Shown here one piece after another: positions 36,475 to 46,293 of a stretch of 55,826 nt of DNA. Below the pieces are notes generated by a model, which did not search any database, was not told where the DNA came from, and saw nothing but the letters and a program-made list of their open reading frames with translations. The DNA lies in the IMG/VR virus record IMGVR_UViG_3300020045_002251, positions 1 through 55,826 of that record. The stretch is one strand, 5' to 3'. Every line of letters starts with the position of its first letter. Position 1 is the first letter of the stretch. The translations under genes were made by a program, and so were the position numbers. Origin of the DNA: a virus. Lineage: Duplodnaviria; Caudoviricetes.

Positions 36475-37163
36475 TTGTTATTTTCCTTTTCCATGTAGAT
36501 AACGGCACCAGCGATGTAATTGATTGCACCAAGTAATTCACGAATAGCCGCATAATGTGGTAAACGCATTGATTCTTGCATCTTTTTACCGGCTTGACCC
36601 AATGCAAAGCCAACACCATACAATTCTTGTAATCGCTGCATAGGCTGTTCAGTGAATGGCAAATCTTTTGCGTGACGCTCTGCACCTTTACCAACTGCCG
36701 CTTGGTCATATGCGCGGCGTAAAACCTTACTCAATGATACGTAGTCTGCGGATAATTTTTCTGATTCTTCTAGTGAATTACATTGCATAACCTCTTGTTT
36801 ATATTCAGTTGATAGAACTGGCGTTACGGTGCATTTGCAATTTTGCACTGGAATTGGCGCAAGATTTTTAAATCTTTCATGCGATTCATAAGCATCAATA
36901 AATTGCTGCTTTGTGACAATTTGATTACCTTGGTCTTCTGGGTGATATGGAGTTTTACACAATAAATCAATATATCCACTATGGTGAAACTCATTAGTTT
37001 TTTCCATGAATTTTGGCATGGTTGAATATCCAGAAATGCAACTCTCTCCAGATTTATTAGGTTCATCGCTTACAAAGAATTCTATGCGTTCATCAATATT
37101 ATTCGGCTTAACCCCTGCATCCAGCATCAACTCAATCAGTGTTTTCTTTTTTGTTGTCATCAA
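36471..37163 (-). CDS. Two-domain protein with a conserved all-alpha C-terminal domain
   Basis: LSKVLRRAYDQAAVGKGAERHA..LPFTEQPM...GQAGKK..E...ELLGAINY. Confidence 0.65.
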   Translation of the reverse strand: MMTTKKKTLIELMLDAGVKPNNIDERIEFFVSDEPNKSGESCISGYSTMPKFMEKTNEFHHSGYIDLLCKTPYHPEDQGNQIVTKQQFIDAYESHERFKNLAPIPVQNCKCTVTPVLSTEYKQEVMQCNSLEESEKLSADYVSLSKVLRRAYDQAAVGKGAERHAKDLPFTEQPMQRLQELYGVGFALGQAGKKMQESMRLPHYAAIRELLGAINYIAGAVIYMEKENNK

Positions 37164-37342
37164 AAAATCTCCTTACACTCAAAATCACGAAACAAAACAT
37201 ATTGCGGATGGTCGGCATATGCCATTAATTTAACTTCTGAATCTGTTAACTGGTTGTGCGATTCGATAAATCCCGATATTTCTATCGGAGATTCATCCAT
37301 AATGACGCGACAACCTTGGGCGGAGTATGAATATTTGAACAT
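37160..37342 (-). CDS. Hypothetical protein
   Basis: Fills the operon gap; ATGA overlap. Confidence 0.45.
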   Translation of the reverse strand: MFKYSYSAQGCRVIMDESPIEISGFIESHNQLTDSEVKLMAYADHPQYVLFRDFECKEIF

Positions 37343-37344
37343 GG

Positions 37345-38025
37345 TTATTCATTCGCTTCAATAAAATTGCCGTTTTTATCAAGTGAATACCAAGTATCTG
37401 GTTTTACGTCAACACCTGCAATAGCGGCCTTTGCGTGAATAATTTTGTAATCCTCGTCTCGGTGCACCAAGAAGATTGCACTGCCATTAGATGCTTTGGC
37501 TTTACCTTGATATCCAGATGCTACAGCCACGGATTTGCACCCTTCTACACTTGCCGCTGACCGGTCGCCGGTGTTAGTTGCCGCTGACCGGTCGCCGGTG
37601 TTAGTTGCCGCTGACCGGTCGCCGGTGTTAGTTGCCGCTGACCGGTCGCCGGTGTTAGTTGCCGCTGACCGGTCGCCGGTGTTAGATTCTTTTTTATTAT
37701 TCCAATCAACTAAATTAAAAATAAAATCAACAGCGCTAGAAACCAACTCAGGTAATTTCATTTCTGCTGTGATGCTAATTTTTGCAGATGCAATCTTATC
37801 TTCACCGCGATCCAATTCGCCAAATAGTGATACTTTTGCAAATCTTGATGCTGGCGGATAAAAATTAAAAACATCTAATGGATATTCACAAGCATGAAAG
37901 CCACTGCCGCATTTTTTAACTTCACCATCATGGATGTAATCCTTTCCAACTTCGTATTTAAATCCTCGGCATGACATATCAGAATCAAAACCCTTAAATG
38001 CGATAACTTCATTTTCTGTTTTCAT
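37345..38025 (-). CDS. Conserved phage protein with a 9-aa beta-solenoid repeat
   Basis: AFKGFD.DMSCRGFKYEVG, CGSGFHACEYPLDVF.FY, (NTGDRSAAT)n, VKPDTWYSL. Confidence 0.85.
   Translation of the reverse strand: MKTENEVIAFKGFDSDMSCRGFKYEVGKDYIHDGEVKKCGSGFHACEYPLDVFNFYPPASRFAKVSLFGELDRGEDKIASAKISITAEMKLPELVSSAVDFIFNLVDWNNKKESNTGDRSAATNTGDRSAATNTGDRSAATNTGDRSAATNTGDRSAASVEGCKSVAVASGYQGKAKASNGSAIFLVHRDEDYKIIHAKAAIAGVDVKPDTWYSLDKNGNFIEANE
37551..37685. repeat. Five perfect 27-bp tandem repeats
   Basis: ttgccgctgaccggtcgccggtgttag x5. Confidence 0.95.
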
Positions 38026-38052
38026 TTTTACTCTCCTTGATTAAGTCCGTTT

Positions 38053-38080
38053 AGTATTACACAACAAATCCTATATGCAA
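38053..38080 (-). promoter_or_regulatory. Early promoter TTGCAT-N15-TAATACT
   Basis: Matches the other three copies. Confidence 0.7.
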
Positions 38081-38081
38081 A

Positions 38082-38576
38082 CTATTTTTTGTTTAAAAGT
38101 TCATTTAAATAGGCAGCGATGAGAACGGCGTCACACCTGCCGTCTATGAGGCCACCTCTTGGCCCCAAAAATCTATTTTCACCGTATTTTTTGCTAACAA
38201 TAGCGAATGCCTTTTTTTTCGTGTTCTCACCAGCGCCATAAACATTGCACCAGCTTTGCCATGCTCTTGGTGTAACTTCTGTTATTGGCAATCCAATTAG
38301 TGAACATGACGCCTTAATACGGCCCACATTCTCACCAAATGAAAAAACAGAAACACGCCCATCCTTTGCTTGAGAACCCACCTTTTCCAATGAAATTTTT
38401 TTTATCCATCCCTTATATTGAATTAATAAGGGATGGATTATTAGCTCTGGTGATGCACTTAAATCATGCAATTCGATGATATTTTCATCTTTATCCATGA
38501 TACAGATAGCCCCTTTTTTACCTGGGTCTATTCCTACAATTAAATCAGAACGGCACGTCATCATGATATTTATCAT
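38082..38576 (-). CDS. RuvC-like Holliday junction resolvase
   Basis: IVGIDPGKKGAI, LEKV, FSFG, VTPRAW, DGRCDAVLIA. Confidence 0.8.
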   Translation of the reverse strand: MINIMMTCRSDLIVGIDPGKKGAICIMDKDENIIELHDLSASPELIIHPLLIQYKGWIKKISLEKVGSQAKDGRVSVFSFGENVGRIKASCSLIGLPITEVTPRAWQSWCNVYGAGENTKKKAFAIVSKKYGENRFLGPRGGLIDGRCDAVLIAAYLNELLNKK

Positions 38577-40254
38577 CCATATCTTGCCAATTGGTATTTA
38601 CATCAATATCTTCAATAGTATGCCGAATAATGGAGTGATCAAAAATGCGGCCAGTCACATTGTTATACTTTCCATTCTTCTGTAACATAATTTTAGCTGG
38701 TGGAACCAATACAATATCACCAGCAACAATCAAACCAATCAAATCAGTAATTCCACCATTATTTATTTTTTCTTTGATTGATGAACTAGACGCAACATCA
38801 CCAGAATCTAAAATGTATCGGTGAATTTTGAAATCAGGCAGCCACTCTGAAAACACACTGACACCGCAATAATAATCAATTTTTAGCGTATCAGCTTTAC
38901 CCAATCTTGATTTGTGGCGCGATACAGATATTGATTGCACATCAGTCCATACCGGCTCTTGTCGTTTTGCCGAGATGATTTCTAGGCCTTTTGCAGCCCT
39001 CTCATCAATATTGATTGAGCGATTAACAACAAACTCGAAACCACACTCAGGGCAAACTTTGACACCGATAGGAATTTCGTTTGTGTCGCATTCTGGGCAT
39101 GTTCTGAATGGTGATTTTTTGCTCGTACCTTCTTTTCTAACCGGTGGTTTTATATCTTCAATGGGGCCATGTGTTTCAATGTTTTTGCCATAATCCAACA
39201 ACAGAGCTCCTTCTTTTTTGTTTGGATGAGATCTCAATACGCGCCCTACCATCTGCACCCACAAGGCAGATGATTGTGTCGCCCGCAAACAAATCATGCA
39301 ATCAGCATTTTTTGCATTAAAACCAGTGGTTAGGCATGAAACAGATATCAACGCTCTGAATTCATATCGCTTGAACTCCTCAATGAACTCAGCCCTATCA
39401 CCTTTATTGGTTTCACCGGTAATGATTTTATTTGATATTGAATTCTCATCTAAGATTTGGCTGATGTTGTGCGCGTGCTCCACGGATGTAGCAAAAACAA
39501 TCCAACTACGGCGGTCTTTGGCCAACTGAATAGCCTCTTCTAATGCGGGTCGTGTACTTTCCATACTTTCAAACACATCACGCAATGACTTGTCAGTATA
39601 ATCATGTGTGGCTTGTGATGTTTTTAACTTTGACATATCAATAGTAACGGAGCTGTCTGCTGTGTAAATGTCACATAGAGCACCCTCATTGATTAATGTA
39701 GTTATGGATACTTCATAGACCGTTCTTGAGAATATGGAATCTTTACCAGCACACAAATCACCGCCATCCAACCTCCAAGGAGTAGCAGATAGACCAATGA
39801 TTTTGATTTTTGGATTGATGAGTTTTAGATTATCTAGAAATTGACGATAACGGCCCATTGATTTACTAGGAATTAGGTGGCATTCGTCTACAAAGCATAA
39901 ATCAACATGACCAACTCTATCCGACTTATCCCAAATAGATTGGATACCAGCAAATGTGATTTGATTACGTAATTGCTTCTTACCAATACCAGCAGAATAA
40001 ATACCTGCATCAGCGCCAGGATATTGACCAATCAACTCATCATAATTCTGTTGCAATAACTCCTTGACATGAGCCAAACAAAGGATTCTTTGAGTTGGCC
40101 AGTTATGGCAAATCTCTTTAATGAACTCTGCCTGTATTAAGCTTTTACCTCCGCCAGTTGGAATTTTTAAAATCGGATTTCCTTTCTTTCCAGATGAAAA
40201 ATAATTGTAAACAGCATCAATAGCCTCACGCTGATACCATCTTAAAGTCAGCAT
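38545..40254 (-). CDS. SF2 DExH helicase (RadD/YejH-like) with a zinc ribbon
   Basis: LRWYQ, PTGGGKS, VDECH, GLSATP, LTTGFN, QMVGRVLR, CPEC..CPECG. Confidence 0.92.
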   Translation of the reverse strand: MLTLRWYQREAIDAVYNYFSSGKKGNPILKIPTGGGKSLIQAEFIKEICHNWPTQRILCLAHVKELLQQNYDELIGQYPGADAGIYSAGIGKKQLRNQITFAGIQSIWDKSDRVGHVDLCFVDECHLIPSKSMGRYRQFLDNLKLINPKIKIIGLSATPWRLDGGDLCAGKDSIFSRTVYEVSITTLINEGALCDIYTADSSVTIDMSKLKTSQATHDYTDKSLRDVFESMESTRPALEEAIQLAKDRRSWIVFATSVEHAHNISQILDENSISNKIITGETNKGDRAEFIEEFKRYEFRALISVSCLTTGFNAKNADCMICLRATQSSALWVQMVGRVLRSHPNKKEGALLLDYGKNIETHGPIEDIKPPVRKEGTSKKSPFRTCPECDTNEIPIGVKVCPECGFEFVVNRSINIDERAAKGLEIISAKRQEPVWTDVQSISVSRHKSRLGKADTLKIDYYCGVSVFSEWLPDFKIHRYILDSGDVASSSSIKEKINNGGITDLIGLIVAGDIVLVPPAKIMLQKNGKYNNVTGRIFDHSIIRHTIEDIDVNTNWQDMDDKYHDDVPF

Positions 40255-40302
40255 TTTTAATCCTTTTTAGTTGAATTTATCCATTTTAGTTGAATATATG
40301 AA

Positions 40303-41340
40303 TCAACCCGTAACAGTAGCGTTAAAAATATCTTTCGTTTCGGTGAATACATCATCGTTGATTAGAATTTTATTCATTCTGGTTAATTCTTCCGATGTGT
40401 AACCTTTTCCACCAACTACAACATTTTTAAAGTGCTTTCCAGAATCAGCCTGATACAAAATATCATCACCATCAACACCAAGACATTCGCCATAGGTAAC
40501 CAAACAAGGAATAAACAAATGATTATCACAGCCTTTCGATTGATATTCAGCAGGTACATTCTGATTGTATCGTTCACATTTCCAAGCGACTTTATCACCA
40601 TCAAGTAATGGTGTTGAGTGCAAACATGTTCTGCAATTCTTTGCGGCGCACGATTCACCATCACACAGCGCTTTGTAGGTGCATGAATCACATTCTAGTT
40701 TAGTTTTAGCATCAGGCATGGTATTAGCCTGGATAACTGACTCAAATCCACCAATGATGATTCCAGCTAGATTTTTATCAAGTCTTACTCTGTCGGTGAA
40801 CAATTCTCCAGTATTGCGATTTTCAGCAACAAAAAAAGCACGCTCAATACCAAACAAAAACATATAAACCTGGATTGTTCGGAATTTTTCTATGTCGTGA
40901 TTCAATATCCCCTTCTCACCAATGTCTTTGAATTCAGAATCAGACATGGATGATACAAAAAGAATATGCTCTTTGTTTGGTGAATCAGGAAGACCAGACA
41001 TGATAATGGCATCAATCTCACCAGCCACATGACCATTAAAGCATTCCGCTTTCCACTTTTTATCTGTGCGATGGTCTAGTTTTTTAACATTTACACCAGC
41101 ACGATAAAGTCGATCTAAAATTCTATCTTTTGCGCTCTCAGCCATCGAATTAATGGATAATTCTTCTGCACTTTTTTTCGCATTCAAAACCCAATGGAAT
41201 TGAAACCATTTTTTTCTCTGGCAATCACTACCGCAAGATTCAATCTCTAACGAATATGGTAAATTTTTATCTGCATTCTTTTCTAAATCCGACCGCAACA
41301 ACTCAATAGTAGGCGACAACATTAATCCAATATTAGCCAT
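40303..41340 (-). CDS. Cas4-like PD-(D/E)XK-fold protein, catalytic motif apparently degenerate
   Basis: DCQRKKW, GHVAGEIDAII, IQVYM, ECDSCTYKALC, NCRTCLHSTP; ExK position reads LFVSS. Confidence 0.7.
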   Translation of the reverse strand: MANIGLMLSPTIELLRSDLEKNADKNLPYSLEIESCGSDCQRKKWFQFHWVLNAKKSAEELSINSMAESAKDRILDRLYRAGVNVKKLDHRTDKKWKAECFNGHVAGEIDAIIMSGLPDSPNKEHILFVSSMSDSEFKDIGEKGILNHDIEKFRTIQVYMFLFGIERAFFVAENRNTGELFTDRVRLDKNLAGIIIGGFESVIQANTMPDAKTKLECDSCTYKALCDGESCAAKNCRTCLHSTPLLDGDKVAWKCERYNQNVPAEYQSKGCDNHLFIPCLVTYGECLGVDGDDILYQADSGKHFKNVVVGGKGYTSEELTRMNKILINDDVFTETKDIFNATVTG

Positions 41341-41476
41341 GACCTAACATCCTTTTGTTAATTCATCAACTTTTTGTCTTTTTGAAATCGACATAACATC
41401 AATCTCGCGCTTCACTTCTTACTCACTCTCACCCACAAGGGCTATATTTCTATAGCCCTTTAAGTTGAGTCGTGAT

Positions 41477-42010
41477 TTATTTAGCCCAAGGCGCTTGACC
41501 TGTAGGTGCTGATTGCTGTGTAGGAGCTGCACCACCAAATGGTGATGATTGACTAACCGCTTGTTGCGGTGCCACCACCTGAGTCTTTGCAACGTTTTCA
41601 GGCGTATATGGCAAGTAGCCATTCATGCCATTTTTAGCATCATAACCGTCTTTAGCTGGAATAACCTTCACCTTACCAACCAACGGCTTATAGTGCAGTT
41701 CTTGAGTATCTTTAGGAGCGATAACACCAACAACATCACACATGATGGCAAAGTCACGGCGGGCCCATGCTTCTGTGTCTTTATTTGCATTTTGAATGTT
41801 GAAACTCTCAAAGAATTTTCGTCCCTTGAATGCACCTTCCAACACTTCAAATTTGGCCGAAATCATGTGACCAGATTTAGTTGGTTTTAGTTCAGAATCA
41901 ACCAAATGCAGCACATAGTAACCAGCAGGTAATGGCTCGAAAGTCTGTGTTTTGTCATAAGAAGATGAATCGAAACCATTAGCACCAAACAGATTTTGCA
42001 AATTAGACAT
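41477..42010 (-). CDS. Single-stranded DNA-binding protein (DUF669)
   Basis: FEPLPAGYY, SELKPTKSG, FEVLEG.FKGRK, DTQELH.KP, C-terminal APW; probable start MSNL. Confidence 0.8.
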   Translation of the reverse strand: MSNLQNLFGANGFDSSSYDKTQTFEPLPAGYYVLHLVDSELKPTKSGHMISAKFEVLEGAFKGRKFFESFNIQNANKDTEAWARRDFAIMCDVVGVIAPKDTQELHYKPLVGKVKVIPAKDGYDAKNGMNGYLPYTPENVAKTQVVAPQQAVSQSSPFGGAAPTQQSAPTGQAPWAK

Positions 42011-42053
42011 TTTGCTTTCCTTCAATAAAGAATTTAATAGAGTTTAGATAAAA

Positions 42054-42833
42054 TTAACGAGCAATTGATTTAATTAAACCATCAAATGGGTTCTTTCCTT
42101 TCTCAACCAACATTGGTTGAGTGATACCATAACGATTCTTTGAAATCGATGATGCAACTGCATTGCATACTAGCTCAATCTGACCATTACTAATAGCCTT
42201 TTTACGCTCGCCATCACCAGTTGTAAAGGTCTTCAACCGCAAGAAACCAACTACATCAACGTTATCAATGTAGACTGGCAATGCTTTTTTGTGAATACGA
42301 ATTACATACTTGCTATATGGGTCTGTGTCAGGTAAATCCATAGTTGCAACATCAGCATGCGCAATAAATACAATGTTGATATTCAATTGGTCACGAATTG
42401 ACTTGAACCAATTAAAAATCTCACAATGACGCTCCGCCGCCACATCGTATGCTTTGCCATACCCGCCCCAAGCCGTAGCCATTGATGAGCAACTATTGGG
42501 CGATGATTTGACAGCTTCAGCTTCAACAATGTTATGCAAAGCGGTAATCGAATCGATGATGATTGTTTTTCGATCGTGTTCTTCTGTGGCTAATGATTTG
42601 GCGCATTCATACAAATCATTGGTTGAGTGAATTTGTGGGAAGATTGGGATTTCACCAAAAACGCCCTCCGCCTGCAATGTACTGATGGTTTGCGTGCCAT
42701 CTTCTACTGGAATCAATACTGGGTTTGGGAATGAACATCCCAATGTTGTTTTACCGTGACCGGCTTCCCCAAAGATGGTGATAATCGGCGGCTTTGATTG
42801 CGCTGAACCTAATGAAGCCATTGTTATAGCCAT
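42054..42833 (-). CDS. Sak4-like recombination ATPase (AAA_24)
   Basis: IFGEAGHGKTT, IIIDSIT, GGYGKAY, IAH, SKNRYG. Confidence 0.85.
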   Translation of the reverse strand: MAITMASLGSAQSKPPIITIFGEAGHGKTTLGCSFPNPVLIPVEDGTQTISTLQAEGVFGEIPIFPQIHSTNDLYECAKSLATEEHDRKTIIIDSITALHNIVEAEAVKSSPNSCSSMATAWGGYGKAYDVAAERHCEIFNWFKSIRDQLNINIVFIAHADVATMDLPDTDPYSKYVIRIHKKALPVYIDNVDVVGFLRLKTFTTGDGERKKAISNGQIELVCNAVASSISKNRYGITQPMLVEKGKNPFDGLIKSIAR

Positions 42834-42893
42834 GTTTTTACTCCTGATTTGTAAATCTCGTTAATCAACTTTCTTTCCTAACCAACGAGATGA

Positions 42894-42922
42894 ATTATTA
42901 ACTGTAATACTTTAAACGTCAA
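42894..42922 (-). promoter_or_regulatory. Promoter TTGACG-N17-AATAAT with GTATTAC in the spacer
   Basis: Upstream of the recombination/replication operon. Confidence 0.6.
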
Positions 42923-42941
42923 ACTGTTTTTACATCTTTTT

Positions 42942-45326
42942 TTATCTAATTATCCGATAGACATCGCGCGGTCTTCCGCCTGTTGATGTATCACGCATAA
43001 TTTCAATCTCATCGGCATCCATAAGGGCCGATATGATATCAGCTTTTTCCTTGGCCTTGTATTTCCTAGTAACGCGATGCTTGAACAAATCACGGCTGGT
43101 GGCGTAAACACCAGAATCTTCGTATTCCTGCAATACAGCCATAAATTCGCGCTGCTGCTTTTCGAATGTAGATGCCGTTACATTCTCTAAAGAGTCTTTA
43201 ACCAACGACATGAAACACTCTCGAACGATATCAATAGCCCACCTCGTGGCCTCCTCGCCAATCTGATAGGACATTGGATTTATGGATAGCTGCGCAATCA
43301 GCGCAACACGCATGGAGAACTCACGCGCACGACCAACCAATACATCCATACCGTTAATCATCAAAGTTCGTCTAAGCTCCAGTAATTCGCGCTCAAACGT
43401 TACTGTCAAATCCCACGCCCTATCTGTGAATTGTAAAACAGTTGGCTGTTGCTCATTATGCGGGTCATCGAGAAACGATAAATTACCCCCTCTTGTGGTG
43501 ATGCTTTTTATCCATTGCAATATACTTTGTGGGATATCGTTCAATGACTTTTTAGGCATATGCGACATTTGCAAATCCTGTTTAGATCTAAACACCAAGA
43601 ACCGACCTAAAAAACCAGATTTGATATGGTCAATATTCATCGCCTCATAAAGCGTTGATGGTGTTGTTGTACCATACAAACTAATTGCCGGATGAATAAT
43701 TGGCTTTGTAAATTCTTTCTCGGCATCACCTTCTGATTTGTTTAGCCCCCTAGTACTGCGAACAGTGGGGATAAGATAACCATCTAATCGACCGGCCGCC
43801 TCCATAATTAAACGGATGGCCCCTTGCTTCAATGTGTTGTTTTTTGCATTGGCCTCAGTCAACAACATACCAATTTCATCTGAAATGATGATGTGGCGTG
43901 GTTTATCTTTTAGGACAGAAAAAATGGCCGCATCGGATGAATACCAGCTACCGCCTATAAGATATTCGTTGTCTGACTTTCGCAAAATGGATGAAATCAT
44001 TTTCAGACCATGCTCTTTCCCTTCACCAGAAGGCGCAACACCCAAACAATACAGCGATGTTAGGTTGTTAGCATTGGTGGCGAACCTGCGGGATAGAATG
44101 ACCGACAGCAACGACACGGCAGAGCTGATAGCAAGCTCTGGCTGATATTTTTGAGCTGTATCAATATGAAATTGTGCTATCTCGCCAAGGATTCCTGGAG
44201 CGCATAGCATGGGGTCTTTTGTTGGCTCACTTATAGGTTTCTCCAATTCTTCCGGCTCAACATGTAAAACAATCTCTTCCTGCTCAACGGGAAAAGTTTC
44301 TTCAATCTCTTTCTCTTCAATCTTTTCTTCTTTCGGATTTAAAAACGACAAAATCCCAGACAAATCCACATGAGACAAATCGCGTTCTGGAAACTTTTTC
44401 ACCCACCCATTCTTGATAGCCAAATCGTAAACGGTGGCAATAGTAATCGAACCACCTTTAAAACTTTTCCATACTGACATTTGAGACTTGTGGTCATAAT
44501 TATCAGCGTTGGTTCTGCGACTCCATGCATCCCACAAATCAAACGCCGCTGCATTGTTGGTATCTTTCAAAGCCATGCCAACGTGCAACCAATCGTCGCG
44601 GTTTTCTGCTGGTATAAACTGTATCGCTTCTACCAACTCATCGAAATCAATATCACCCGTAAATTTTATTTCAGTCTGCTGGTGACTTATTTTTACTGGT
44701 TCATGGCGTTCATTGAGTTTTGCAATCAACCATTCCGGCGCCGTTTCAACTGGTTTTAAATCAGTTAACCATTCATAGCTACCACCAGAGTAATGATTAG
44801 ATGGTGCGGCAATAATATAGCCACCTTCTGCCCGCGTATCCAATCCAGTTAATGATTTAACACGAGATTTAATTCTATCGTCATAAGTAAAAATTAAATG
44901 ATATCCACCACTACCCGTTTTGCTGGTGGCAGTATTGGGTAATTTATCGAATTCTAATTCGAGCGATTTAATTGTTTCATCACCGCCATCGTCCACATCT
45001 AAAACCCAAATAGCAGATGATTTGCCGGTAGCTATTCCAATGTTGTGTAATGTTGTCCCATCCCACCATGATTCTATTTTTTTATTATCAATAGTGGCAT
45101 CCAGTACACCATTATGCGTTACTGGATGTTTACCGCGATATTTTTGTTTATCTCGGCATTTTTCAGAACCGCAGCTGCATTGACCATCGTTTAAAATATG
45201 ATGCACTGGAAATACAGCCCAACCATTATTCGCATATATTAATGCCGCATCTCGCAATTCAAATGCGCGTTTTATTGTTATTGAATCAAATCCACCAGCA
45301 CCGAATATATTCATCAAGTCTGACAT
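42942..45326 (-). CDS. Bifunctional primase-polymerase with PriCT-2 and DUF3987 helicase-like domains
   Basis: GWAVFP, CSCG..C..GKHP, NIGIATG, VLDVD, TGSGGYH, GGYIIAAPS.H.SG; WLHVGMALK; APSGEGKE, SDEIG, GFLGRFL. Confidence 0.88.
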   Translation of the reverse strand: MSDLMNIFGAGGFDSITIKRAFELRDAALIYANNGWAVFPVHHILNDGQCSCGSEKCRDKQKYRGKHPVTHNGVLDATIDNKKIESWWDGTTLHNIGIATGKSSAIWVLDVDDGGDETIKSLELEFDKLPNTATSKTGSGGYHLIFTYDDRIKSRVKSLTGLDTRAEGGYIIAAPSNHYSGGSYEWLTDLKPVETAPEWLIAKLNERHEPVKISHQQTEIKFTGDIDFDELVEAIQFIPAENRDDWLHVGMALKDTNNAAAFDLWDAWSRRTNADNYDHKSQMSVWKSFKGGSITIATVYDLAIKNGWVKKFPERDLSHVDLSGILSFLNPKEEKIEEKEIEETFPVEQEEIVLHVEPEELEKPISEPTKDPMLCAPGILGEIAQFHIDTAQKYQPELAISSAVSLLSVILSRRFATNANNLTSLYCLGVAPSGEGKEHGLKMISSILRKSDNEYLIGGSWYSSDAAIFSVLKDKPRHIIISDEIGMLLTEANAKNNTLKQGAIRLIMEAAGRLDGYLIPTVRSTRGLNKSEGDAEKEFTKPIIHPAISLYGTTTPSTLYEAMNIDHIKSGFLGRFLVFRSKQDLQMSHMPKKSLNDIPQSILQWIKSITTRGGNLSFLDDPHNEQQPTVLQFTDRAWDLTVTFERELLELRRTLMINGMDVLVGRAREFSMRVALIAQLSINPMSYQIGEEATRWAIDIVRECFMSLVKDSLENVTASTFEKQQREFMAVLQEYEDSGVYATSRDLFKHRVTRKYKAKEKADIISALMDADEIEIMRDTSTGGRPRDVYRIIR

Positions 45327-45399
45327 TTGTTGCTTCCTTTAATAAATAAAATTCTTATTCAAATATTTATTTAATCCATTCATTTTAAAACCGCCTTAA

Positions 45400-45558
45400 T
45401 AAAAAATCCCCTGCTAGTTTGGAAACACCTACAACTCGGCGCGCTAACAGGGGATTTATAATCCGTGTTGATTTGTGTTATCGACCTTCTGGGTCTCAAT
45501 CGTAGGTTTCCACGCCACCGATAGAATTCATACTAGACCCATCCCAGAAAAAAATCAA
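45400..45558 (-). promoter_or_regulatory. Primase promoter (TTGATT-N17-TAGTAT) with an attenuator-like leader
   Basis: -35 45553-45558, -10 45530-45535; terminator hairpin aaatcccctgttag/ctagcaggggattttt whose loop is complementary to the leader 5' end. Confidence 0.6.
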
Positions 45559-45627
45559 CATGAATTTTCTCCGATGTCGATTACAAGCCCAAAAGGATTC
45601 GTTTGGAGATAAAAACAAGCCAAATGA

Positions 45628-45983
45628 CTTTGCTCACGAACTGATTTGTCTGTTTTATCAATAAAATCAACAGCATGGGACTTTGCTCACATAATTCACT
45701 TAATTTCATATACATATATACTCTGTATTTTCTGTTTTCGGGGGTAGTCCCTGTGTACGGGAAAAAGTACAGGGTAAAGCTATAAATATAAAAAAAAGAA
45801 AAAATCTCTTTTTATTATATATAATTCCTCTCTAGCCCTTGTGGCGACTGGGAAGACTTTGCTCACGAGATGTTTGTGAGCAAAGGTGGAGCAAAGCCTT
45901 TGCTCACAAGAAATTGACCTATGTCATTTACATAAACTTACAATCGAGAAAAAATAAATTTGAGATAGCTCTTGTGAGCAAAG
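45628..45983. repeat. Iteron array CTTTGCTCAC plus AT-rich tract; probable replication origin
   Basis: Direct copies at 45628, 45681, 45857, 45898; inverted at 45876, 45974; partial at 45888; A/T tract ~45780-45825. Confidence 0.75.
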
Positions 45984-46000
45984 TCGAAAGGTATTACACT
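45972..46000 (+). promoter_or_regulatory. Promoter TTGTGA-N17-TACACT overlapping an iteron and GTATTAC
   Basis: Same class as 13513 and 26562. Confidence 0.6.
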
Positions 46001-46059
46001 TTGTTGCAGTTAAGGAATAAAACAGACACAACAATACAAGACACAAAAGGAGCCACAAC

Positions 46060-46293
46060 ATGCAAAAACGAACGACAACCATCGCACTACTAGCCATCAT
46101 CCTGGCGACTGGATGTGAGCAACCAAAGCAGACAGTTCCGCAATATCAACGGGCAGATTGGGAAGGTATTAATAAATTAATTTCACACATAGATGAATAC
46201 GAAATAAAAGAGTGCATTAAAAATAAACCAACCTGTAAATCCGCATCAGAAGATGCTGTAAAAATGGTTAAATCAATGGAGTGCAAAAAATGA
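46060..46293 (+). CDS. Putative lipoprotein
   Basis: MQKRTTTIALLAIILATGC lipobox; AGGAG RBS. Confidence 0.65.
   Translation: MQKRTTTIALLAIILATGCEQPKQTVPQYQRADWEGINKLISHIDEYEIKECIKNKPTCKSASEDAVKMVKSMECKK

Noticed and set aside
37551-37685. Tandem repeat as a CRISPR array
   Set aside because: No spacers; in-frame coding repeat
40303-41340. Cas4-like gene as evidence for a CRISPR-Cas system
   Set aside because: No array or other cas genes; it sits in a standard Sak4-SSB-helicase module
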